Shown: positions 36,232 to 43,984 of the stretch, one piece after another
How positions within the stretch are numbered: the first letter of the stretch is position 1
Layout: each line of letters begins with the position of its first letter
From: Chlamydiota bacterium
Lineage (GTDB): Bacteria; Chlamydiota; Chlamydiia; Chlamydiales; SM23-39
DNA: 50,091 nucleotides
Direction of reading: 5' to 3'
Assembly (NCBI GenBank): GCA_050049995.1
Contig: JASFVE010000002.1
Span: 1 to 50,091, forward strand
Position numbers and translations under genes: made by a program
The notes under the pieces: generated by a model
The model's input: the letters and a program-made list of their open reading frames with translations, nothing else
Told to the model about the DNA's origin: nothing
The model's database searches: none

Positions 36232-36380
36232 AAGCCAAAAAGTATAAGAGCATAGAGGGATGCGGTCAAAAGGTTTTATACTGCAGTTTCGTCTAGTGTA
36301 GTGCGTAAATAGTGCGTAATTTTGTTTTATGCGGCTGAATTTCTAGGTGTGAATTTTTTGTTTTATGTCGCTAAAAACAA

Positions 36381-36408
36381 AAGGCTTCAGTCGTAAGACT
36401 GAAGCCTT
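36381..36408 (-). terminator. rho-independent terminator of ssrA
   Basis: On the minus strand, AAGGCTTCAGTC-ttac-GACTGAAGCCTT (12-bp stem) is followed by TTTGTTTTTAG, starting 10 nt after the tmRNA 3' end. Confidence 0.75.
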
Positions 36409-36417
36409 GATTTGGGT

Positions 36418-36784
36418 TGGAGGTGGAGAGAATCGAACTCTCGTCCTTAACAAACTACAATACCAATGACTACATGCTTATCTCCTTTATTAGTAATCGG
36501 TCTTGATGAAAGGAGCCCCACTTGGGACCGATTTAATCCTCGTTGTCTCGGATTTTCTTACCAGAGGATCAGAGGTAAGAGTCCAAACCCAGAAACATGA
36601 CGGTAGTGACTAAAACTCCAGGTCAGATTTTAGGCTACCGGGCAATCCAGACTGTTAGGTCCTTATGCCGCTAACGCGTATTCTTGGTCAGCAATTATAT
36701 TTTAATCGGCTTTTAAAGAGGCCAACCGATCAACCTCTGCATGCCACTGATACATAATTTGAAAGTCGAAACCTGTTCACCCCC
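36418..36784 (-). ncRNA. ssrA: tmRNA (SsrA)
   Basis: The minus strand starts GGGGGTGAACAGGTTTCGAC and ends GAGAGTTCGATTCTCTCCACCTCCA. The acceptor stem GGGGGTG/CACCTCC includes the G3:U70 alanine identity pair. CCA is not encoded. An internal tag ORF reads ...GCT GAC CAA GAA TAC GCG TTA GCG GCA TAA (ADQEYALAA stop) at 36692-36663. Confidence 0.92.
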
Positions 36785-36790
36785 AAGATT

Positions 36791-36796
36791 ATTATA
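36791..36796 (-). promoter_or_regulatory. candidate -10 box for ssrA
   Basis: A perfect TATAAT on the minus strand lies 6 nt upstream of the tmRNA 5' G. TAGAAA lies 17 nt further upstream as a weak -35. Confidence 0.3.
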
Positions 36797-36911
36797 TCAG
36801 ATTTTTGAATTAATTTCTATGATACTTAAGTACTAGATTTTTATATAGTTAAATCTTATTATAATACGTTTATTATTTATATAAATACTTGAAAATAAAA
36901 GGTTAATGTAA

Positions 36912-39900
36912 ATGTTTCAGGTTCAGCAGGATGAGGGTTTTCCCCAAAGAGAAGAAAAAATAGAGGCTTTTTGGAGAGAGCAAGATATTTTTAAAAAATC
37001 GATTGAGCAAAGAAGTCAGGGCGCTCTATTTTCTTTTTACGATGGACCTCCTTTTGCGACAGGGCTTCCTCATTATGGACACTTACTAGCTGGAACTATT
37101 AAAGATATTATTCCTAGATTTAAGACGATGAAAGGGTATTTTGTACCTAGACGGTTTGGCTGGGACTGCCATGGACTTCCTGTAGAAAATGAAATCGAAA
37201 AGGCGAAAGAACTATCAGGTGCTATTTCTATTGAAGAATTTGGTATTGCCAATTTCAATGAAGAATGCCGAAGTATTGTACTGCGTTACACCGAAGAGTG
37301 GAAAAGAACAGTCGAGAGAATGGGAAGGTGGGTAGATTTCGATAAAACTTACAAGACGATGGATACCTCTTTTATGGAATCTGTCTGGTGGGTTTTTAAA
37401 GAGTTATGGGAAAAAGGCTTAGTCTACGAAGGTTTTAAAGTGATGCCTTTTTCAGCAAAACTTGGTACACCTCTTTCTAACTTTGAAGCTAACTTAAACT
37501 ATAAAGAGGTCAATGATCCTTCATTGACTGTAACATTTCCACTAGCTAGTGACCCTAATACTGCTTTATTGGCATGGACAACTACACCTTGGACTTTGCC
37601 CTCGAATTTAGCACTAGCAGTGGGGCCTGAAATAGACTATGTCAAAGTTTATTCTGAAAAACATAAAATGCATTTTATTTTGGCAAAAGCTCGTTTAGGG
37701 GAGTACTTTAAAGAAGACTTTTCTGTCGTTCAAGAAATGAAAGGAAGAGATCTTAAAAATGAAAAATATATTCCTTTATTCTCTTACTTTAGCGGTCATA
37801 AAAATGCCTTTGTTGTGTTAACAGATGACTTTGTTTCTACAGAAGATGGTACAGGAATCGTTCACACAGCACCAGCATTTGGAGAAGTTGACTTTTTTGC
37901 TTGTAAAAAAGCCGGCATTGAAATTGTATGCCCTGTTGATAATAACGGAAGGTTTACAGATGAAGTACCTGATCTTAAAGGGGAGCTTGTGAAAGATGCT
38001 GATAAAAAGATCATTAAAACCCTTAAAGAGCAAAACAGAGTTTTTCATCATGGTCAGATAAGACACAGATACCCATTTTGCTGGCGATCAGATACTCCTT
38101 TAATTTACAAAGCGGTCAGCACTTGGTTTGTAGCTGTTGAAAAAATTAAAGATCAGCTCATCGAAGCGAACGAAAAAATCCATTGGGTTCCAGGACATAT
38201 TAAAAAGGGGCGTTTTGGTAAGTGGTTAGAAAATGCAAGAGATTGGGCTATCAGTCGTAATAGATACTGGGGAACTCCTATTCCTATCTTTCGCTCTGAT
38301 GATGGTGACATACAAGTTGTAGGATCTGTAAAAGAATTAGAGGAAAAGACAGGAAAAAAAATAGAAGATCTTCACAGACACTTAATTGATGATCTATCTT
38401 TTGAAGAAAACAATAAAGTCTATAAGAGAGTATCTGAAGTATTTGACTGCTGGTTTGAATCAGGTTCCATGCCTTATGCGCAAAACCACTATCCTTTTGA
38501 AAACAAAGAAGAGACTGAAAAAGGTTTTCCAGCTGATTTTATTGCAGAAGGCTTAGATCAAACTAGAGGGTGGTTTTACACTTTAAACGTTTTATCTGTT
38601 GCCTTATTCAACAAACCTGCTTTTAAAAACGTCATTGTTAATGGCATTATTTTAGCTGAAGATGGAACTAAAATGTCTAAAAGGCTCAAAAACTATCCAG
38701 AGCCTATGGAAGTTATTCATAAATATGGAGCTGATGCTATTAGGCTTTATATGCTTCATAGCCCTGCAGTAAAAGCGGATGATTTGAGATTTTCAGAAAA
38801 AGGAGTAGAGTTAGTACTGCGTCAAATACTTATTCCCTTTTGGAATAGTTTTGTCTTTTTATCTACTTATGCAAAAATTTATGAGTGGACACCAAGTCAA
38901 AATCCAAGTAAGCCAAAGGCGTCTATTGACCAGTGGATTTTATCTAAAACCCAAGAACTGATTCAAAAAGTTGAGTTATCTTTAAATAATTACGAGCTTA
39001 ACGCAGCCGTTGATCCTTTTGTAAGCTTTATTGATCAGCTCACGAATTGGTACATTAGAAGGTCTAGACCTAGGTTTTGGACTGATGATGACACGTCCGA
39101 CAGGAATGAAGCTTTTCAAACGTTGTATGATGTATTGCTAGAGCTTTCAAAGGTGGCAGCTCCTTTTATTCCATTTACAAGTGAGGCAGTCTTTCAAGAA
39201 TTGAGGACAGAAAAAATGCCTCTTTCTGTGCACTTGTGTGATTTTCCTGTTTATAACGAAGAGATACGCAACATACCTTTAGAAAAGGAAATGGACTTTG
39301 TTCAAAGGTCTGTAAGTTTGGGGCACTCACTTAGAAAGGAACAAAAAATAAAAGTAAGGCAGCCTCTTTCTAAAGTTCATATTGCAAGTGCTAATAAAGA
39401 AATTTTAGAAGCGCTGAAAATGCAAAAGAATCTTATTACCGATGAGCTAAATGTCAAAAATATTGAACTGCATTCTGATGAGACAAAATTTGTGCAGAGA
39501 ACAGCGAAACCAAACTTTCGAGTTTTAGGTAAAAAGGTTGGTAAGTTGATGCCACAAATGCAAAAAATGGTGCAAGGGTTTGAGTCTTCGCAATTAGATT
39601 TACTGGAACAAGGGGGAACTATTCAAGTGGAACTCAATGGAGAGTCGATAGACCTTTCTCCAGAAGATATTTTTGTCGAAAGAAAAATTGCAGAAGGGAT
39701 TGTTGCGGCTAATGATACAGATATTGCAGTAGTTTTAGAAACGAGCCTTACGGATGAGTTGAAGAAAGAAGGCCTTGCCAGAGAGATTGTGAATAAGATT
39801 AACACTATGAGACGTGAATTAGGTTTTGCAGTAACAGATCGAGTCTCTTTGAAAATTGAATCTTCAGATTTCGTAAAAAATACCTATCAAGAATACAAAA

Positions 39901-40016
39901 AGTATATTGATAATGAAGTTTTAGCTGTTGAATGCCATTTTATCCCTAATCAAGGAACAGAATGGGATTTGAATGGTGAAAAAGCTTTTATCGAAATATC
40001 AAAAGTGAATGTTTAA
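36912..40016 (+). CDS. ileS: isoleucine--tRNA ligase
   Basis: 1034 aa with HIGH (PHYGHLLAG) and KMSKS (TKMSKRLKN) motifs and a class Ia editing-domain-sized insert. The overall pattern is typical of IleRS. Confidence 0.95.
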   Translation: MFQVQQDEGFPQREEKIEAFWREQDIFKKSIEQRSQGALFSFYDGPPFATGLPHYGHLLAGTIKDIIPRFKTMKGYFVPRRFGWDCHGLPVENEIEKAKELSGAISIEEFGIANFNEECRSIVLRYTEEWKRTVERMGRWVDFDKTYKTMDTSFMESVWWVFKELWEKGLVYEGFKVMPFSAKLGTPLSNFEANLNYKEVNDPSLTVTFPLASDPNTALLAWTTTPWTLPSNLALAVGPEIDYVKVYSEKHKMHFILAKARLGEYFKEDFSVVQEMKGRDLKNEKYIPLFSYFSGHKNAFVVLTDDFVSTEDGTGIVHTAPAFGEVDFFACKKAGIEIVCPVDNNGRFTDEVPDLKGELVKDADKKIIKTLKEQNRVFHHGQIRHRYPFCWRSDTPLIYKAVSTWFVAVEKIKDQLIEANEKIHWVPGHIKKGRFGKWLENARDWAISRNRYWGTPIPIFRSDDGDIQVVGSVKELEEKTGKKIEDLHRHLIDDLSFEENNKVYKRVSEVFDCWFESGSMPYAQNHYPFENKEETEKGFPADFIAEGLDQTRGWFYTLNVLSVALFNKPAFKNVIVNGIILAEDGTKMSKRLKNYPEPMEVIHKYGADAIRLYMLHSPAVKADDLRFSEKGVELVLRQILIPFWNSFVFLSTYAKIYEWTPSQNPSKPKASIDQWILSKTQELIQKVELSLNNYELNAAVDPFVSFIDQLTNWYIRRSRPRFWTDDDTSDRNEAFQTLYDVLLELSKVAAPFIPFTSEAVFQELRTEKMPLSVHLCDFPVYNEEIRNIPLEKEMDFVQRSVSLGHSLRKEQKIKVRQPLSKVHIASANKEILEALKMQKNLITDELNVKNIELHSDETKFVQRTAKPNFRVLGKKVGKLMPQMQKMVQGFESSQLDLLEQGGTIQVELNGESIDLSPEDIFVERKIAEGIVAANDTDIAVVLETSLTDELKKEGLAREIVNKINTMRRELGFAVTDRVSLKIESSDFVKNTYQEYKKYIDNEVLAVECHFIPNQGTEWDLNGEKAFIEISKVNV

Positions 40017-40043
40017 GGCCTTTTTAATAAGGCCTTCTTTTTC
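40014..40043 (+). terminator. hairpin terminator after ileS (overlaps the lepB stop)
   Basis: AAGGCC-tttttaataa-GGCCTT is followed by CTTTTTCT. The ileS stop lies in the 5' arm and the lepB stop codon lies in the loop. Confidence 0.45.
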
Positions 40044-41895
40044 TGTAATAGATGTAGGCAAATCCAGAGATTATTAGAAAAGTTACCCATACGAAAACTT
40101 TCGGAAAGTTCACAGCCGGATAAGAAGGTTGTAAAGGCTTTCCTATTCGATTTGCGGGCCAGAATATAAAGTTTGCTCCTCCTTTTAGGTTTGATTGAGG
40201 AACAAAGCCAAACTCTCGACTATCTGCACTCATAGCGTGGTTGTCACCTAAGACTAAATAGCTTTTTTCGGGTATGGTAATTCCATATTGTTGAATGAAC
40301 GCAACGTCTAAATTGCCATCAGCAAGCAAGGGAGGTCCTGAGTCAATAAAAGGATCATAGCTAATGCTGTCTCTTTGTTTTTTCTTTTCGTTTTCAATGT
40401 AACGAGTCAAGTTTTCGTCACACTTTTTTAAAATGGGATATCCAAGTAAGAACAACTCTTCATTTTTGAAGTAAGCATATCTAGAAGGCTCTATGAGAGG
40501 ATGTTTAACTATATTACTGAAACGAGAGTCTACTTCAATGCCTAGGTTATAAAGAAGGTGAACGTTTTCTACTGAGTATTGATTGAGAGGATGATTTTCA
40601 GGCATTTTTTTCAAAAAACCACCTAAGGGAAGGATTCCTAAGATGTTTTTCAAACCATTGGGAAGTTTCTCAAAGAAACTATCCAAATATACTTTGTATA
40701 AAGTACCGTTATCTACTTCATAAATACCATCTTCTACATTAGGCACATCTATTGAAAATGGGGTTAATCGATAGCCATAGCGGTAAGCTTTTTTGTTTTT
40801 AACGACAAATCTGGCTGTAGTAATGTGCTGGAAAATTTCTCGTAGCTGGGCATCATTTAGAGGAATGTAAGAATATTCATAAGAAAGACCTGGTCTTGTT
40901 CTTTGATACTCATCTTTAATTAAAGTAAGAGGCTTTATTTTAGGGTTATGTTTTAGCTCGAGGTATAATTCTGCATCTTCTTCAAAGGTTGTATTTGTAA
41001 AGTTTTGCAATTCCTCTTTTGTTAATAATCTTGCCATTGCAAAGTTTTTAATACCCCAAAGGTCTGCGTATTTTTGGATATTTTTATTAGTAAGTAAACT
41101 TCCTTCTAAAGAACCAAAGGGGGTAACTTCCAGCTTTGCTACTGGTTCATTCATCTGGTAAATATAAACAGGAGAGAAAATCCCATTTGCTAAATAGTTA
41201 GTTGCTACTACTTTTCCATAAAAGTGAATGAACGGAATATGCTCAATATTTTCAAACCATGGTTTTTGGGAATATTCTTGAATAGGACTGCCTTCTTTGT
41301 CTATCCCGTAAATTTGCCCTCCATAAAAATAAAGGGTGTCACCAGGTTTTCCAATGAGCCTTTTAATATACTGTTTTTTACCGGGAAATAAGAAAAAGTA
41401 GCGGGTGTCAACATCGGGGATATCCATCCCTCCACCATTAAAGATAACGATATTTCCTCTTTTTAAAGAGCTGTCATCAAAATAGAAGTGATCGTTTCTT
41501 AAAGGAATGTTAAGGCTGTAGTCAGTTTTAGAAACTACTAAGTAATCTTTTTCTTTAAAAGTAGGCCTCATAGATCCAGATGGAATGCTATAGAACTCAA
41601 ACCACATTTGCCTAATTAAAATAGCAACAAGCAAGGCAAAAGCAAGTCCACCTAAATATTCGATAAATTTCTGGATAGGGGATCTTTTAAGGTGTATTTC
41701 CGATAGCTGAATAAGTCTGGAGTGACAAGCATTTGCTTTTTGGCTATCTTTTTCTTTAATTGCTTCATGTAAGGCAGATAGACGATCTTCAAAATCTTTT
41801 TGAATATCAGCTGGGAGCTTGTGTTTCTTTTTTCTGTAAAAATCTGAAAGCTTCTTTAAAGCTTTCTTTAATTTTCTAAGTGATAGTTCTTCCAT
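40024..41895 (-). CDS. lepB: signal peptidase I, long chlamydial-type form
   Basis: 623 aa with SIPSGSMRPTF (catalytic Ser), KRLIGKPGDTL (catalytic Lys box) and GDNHAMSADSREFGFVP (box E). Confidence 0.9.
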   Translation of the reverse strand: MEELSLRKLKKALKKLSDFYRKKKHKLPADIQKDFEDRLSALHEAIKEKDSQKANACHSRLIQLSEIHLKRSPIQKFIEYLGGLAFALLVAILIRQMWFEFYSIPSGSMRPTFKEKDYLVVSKTDYSLNIPLRNDHFYFDDSSLKRGNIVIFNGGGMDIPDVDTRYFFLFPGKKQYIKRLIGKPGDTLYFYGGQIYGIDKEGSPIQEYSQKPWFENIEHIPFIHFYGKVVATNYLANGIFSPVYIYQMNEPVAKLEVTPFGSLEGSLLTNKNIQKYADLWGIKNFAMARLLTKEELQNFTNTTFEEDAELYLELKHNPKIKPLTLIKDEYQRTRPGLSYEYSYIPLNDAQLREIFQHITTARFVVKNKKAYRYGYRLTPFSIDVPNVEDGIYEVDNGTLYKVYLDSFFEKLPNGLKNILGILPLGGFLKKMPENHPLNQYSVENVHLLYNLGIEVDSRFSNIVKHPLIEPSRYAYFKNEELFLLGYPILKKCDENLTRYIENEKKKQRDSISYDPFIDSGPPLLADGNLDVAFIQQYGITIPEKSYLVLGDNHAMSADSREFGFVPQSNLKGGANFIFWPANRIGKPLQPSYPAVNFPKVFVWVTFLIISGFAYIYYRKRRPY

Positions 41896-42056
41896 AGTTT
41901 TAAATACTAAAATACTTGCAAATGAATTGCAATGTGGAAAATTTGTTCATAAGTTGCTAAAACTTTAAGGAAGAGTGGCTTCTTATATAAAGAACTGTAT
42001 AGAGAAAGTTTTAGTTTTAAGATTGTTTAAAGATTGAATAAAATCAATGTTTATAA

Positions 42057-43058
42057 CTAGTCAAAATAAAAAGGTTCTCTTAACTCTGAAATGGTTTTTG
42101 AACCACTGGGTTTTATTATCCACTTGTAATAATGATTTTTTTCTAAAAGATTTTTTAGGGTTTCATTAGAAACTTCAATGATCAGTTTTTCATCCTGTAA
42201 AGAAACTTCCTTGAAGGGAATTTCAATTACTTTTTTTACTTTGTTTTTCTGTAATACAGTGAATAATTGAATCTCATTATAATAAATTGGGCGTCTTAAA
42301 ATTAAAATAACCCCCGACTTTGTTTTTTTAGGTTTACTTAGAAACTCTAAAGGTCTTCTGGGGATATCCTTCTTTGGGGAGCTGAGATTATGTCCTGCAT
42401 CAATTACTTTTAAAGTTAAGGCTATGTGATCTGTTAATACTTCGATCCAAAAAGGAAAAAAAAACTCTTGTTTCTTATCAAAATATAATTGGATCTCTTT
42501 TCCAGATAGTTCCGTTTGATCCTCCGGCCATTTAGTTTGCAGAATGTCAAACTCTGGCTTTTCTACTTTTTCATGGTGAACGATCATTGGAGGGGTCCAA
42601 GACCTTCTATGGTCTGTTTCTCCATCTAAAGGGGGAGGCCCTATTTTTTTTTGCCGCTCTAAAGGAACTTTTTTTAAAGTAAGCTTGGACAAAGAAATTA
42701 AAAGGTTTTCTTCATTGTTTGGCTTTAGCCAAGCGCCTCTTGAAAAGGAGTAACTTTCTAGTATGTTATTTGTTGTCAGGTCAATTTCAGACATGATCCA
42801 AGATGTATGTCCAGGAGCATGTTCACTTACCCATGTAGGCCAGTCTTTTTTCTTAACAAGAGAAATAGGGGCTGAGATTTCCTCAAGAAGAACTTTATCA
42901 TTTGTATTTTTGGCAACTCTTATAAGGGTCATTGTTTTGCCATGCTTAGCTACCAAATAGTCTCCTTCCAAAGAATTAGCTAATCGATCTTTAATGGAAA
43001 AAGCAAAACAAAGACTTGATGAAACAAGAAAATAAAAAAATATTAACCTTTTAACCAT
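42057..43058 (-). CDS. hypothetical exported protein
   Basis: 333 aa with a signal peptide (MVKRLIFFYFLVSSSLCFA). Confidence 0.6.
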   Translation of the reverse strand: MVKRLIFFYFLVSSSLCFAFSIKDRLANSLEGDYLVAKHGKTMTLIRVAKNTNDKVLLEEISAPISLVKKKDWPTWVSEHAPGHTSWIMSEIDLTTNNILESYSFSRGAWLKPNNEENLLISLSKLTLKKVPLERQKKIGPPPLDGETDHRRSWTPPMIVHHEKVEKPEFDILQTKWPEDQTELSGKEIQLYFDKKQEFFFPFWIEVLTDHIALTLKVIDAGHNLSSPKKDIPRRPLEFLSKPKKTKSGVILILRRPIYYNEIQLFTVLQKNKVKKVIEIPFKEVSLQDEKLIIEVSNETLKNLLEKNHYYKWIIKPSGSKTISELREPFYFD

Positions 43059-43128
43059 GTTAATAGTATTCGAATTTGGGCTTTTAACTTCAATTTTTTA
43101 TATTTTCTTGCAGTGCTTAAAAGGATAT

Positions 43129-43425
43129 TTATCCAAATAATTCTTTAAGCCCAAGTAAAATAAAGAAAAAGCCCCAGAATCTTCTCATAGAAAACTCATC
43201 TTTAAATTTTTTCTTTCTAACAAAAATATAACCTAGTTCCAAAGCTAAGGGACTTATCAATACTGAAAAGGTATTGAAGCGGCGAACAAGTGTTTCTTTT
43301 CCATATATAAAATAAGTTGCAATTATAATGTATAGTATTATGTAGAACCACCTGTAAGGCCACATCTTATCTAAAGTTTTTGCTATCATTGTTGGGCAAC
43401 GCATGTAAGGTAATATCTTTGCCAT
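43129..43425 (-). CDS. small two-helix membrane protein (tandem paralog 1)
   Basis: 98 aa. TLDKMWPYRWFYIILYIIIATYFIYGKE...LELGYIFVRKKKFKDEFSMRRFWGFFFILLGLKELF aligns along its length with 43476..43733. Confidence 0.55.
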   Translation of the reverse strand: MAKILPYMRCPTMIAKTLDKMWPYRWFYIILYIIIATYFIYGKETLVRRFNTFSVLISPLALELGYIFVRKKKFKDEFSMRRFWGFFFILLGLKELFG

Positions 43426-43475
43426 GATTTGCTTTTAATTTCTTTTTAATCTTGTTATTATGAAGTGAAGAGCAC

Positions 43476-43733
43476 TTAATTAAATAATCCTTTAAGCCCA
43501 TAGTAAAGAAGAAAAACTCCCCAGTATCTTCTGATAGAGAATTCATCTTTAAATTTTTTCCTTCTAACAAAAATATAGCCTAATTCTACCATTAAAGGAG
43601 CTACAAATATTTCAAAAGGTTTGATGTTCTTAAAAAGTATTTCTCTTCCATATGCAAAATACATTGCGATCATAATAAATAGTATTATGTAAAACCATCT
43701 GTAAGGTTTCATCTTATCTAAAGTCTTAATCAT
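43476..43733 (-). CDS. small two-helix membrane protein (tandem paralog 2)
   Basis: 85 aa. TLDKMKPYRWFYIILFIMIAMYFAYGRE...VELGYIFVRRKKFKDEFSIRRYWGVFLLYYGLKGLF. The upstream leader also resembles that of paralog 1. Confidence 0.55.
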   Translation of the reverse strand: MIKTLDKMKPYRWFYIILFIMIAMYFAYGREILFKNIKPFEIFVAPLMVELGYIFVRRKKFKDEFSIRRYWGVFLLYYGLKGLFN

Positions 43734-43875
43734 CTTAATCTGTCCTCACATGAAAAGTACCATCTTCGCCATGGTCTGCTTTAATTTCTTTTTAAATTTT
43801 ATTATGAGCGAGATAGCCTGCCATATTTTTTTTAATCCATCAATTGATCTTTCGTGAAATCGAAGAAAGAATTTT

Positions 43876-43904
43876 TTAACCTTTAAGGGGGGGGGCAATA
43901 TGAT
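43876..43904 (+). promoter_or_regulatory. candidate promoter of the Rhs gene with a G9 tract in the spacer
   Basis: TTAACC (43876-81), a 17-nt spacer tttaaGGGGGGGGGcaa (G9 = 43887-43895), then TATGAT (43899-43904). This lies about 80 nt upstream of ATG 43985. Confidence 0.35.
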
Positions 43905-43984
43905 TATTTCCAAATAATCTCTTGCATTAAAGTTAATATTTTACTTACGTTTTGTGGTTTTTTCTCACCAACTTATACAAAGTT

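Noticed and set aside
31016-36417. A search for a tyrosine or serine recombinase, excisionase or phage genes inside the ssrA-linked island.
   Set aside because: None of the four ORFs shows the R…HxxR…Y integrase pattern or any phage-like motif. I therefore describe the island as integrase-less rather than annotating a mobile element with a recombinase.
36415-36420. An encoded CCA at the tmRNA 3' end (the minus strand reads …CACCTCCAACC).
   Set aside because: Pairing with the 5' GGGGGTG places CACCTCC in the acceptor stem and the next A as the discriminator. The following bases are ACC, not CCA, so CCA is not genomically encoded.
43952-43984. The TTG start at 43952 for the Rhs ORF.
   Set aside because: ATG 43985 begins a textbook signal peptide (MKKLLFFVLLF…). 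The 11 extra codons from the TTG add nothing recognisable.
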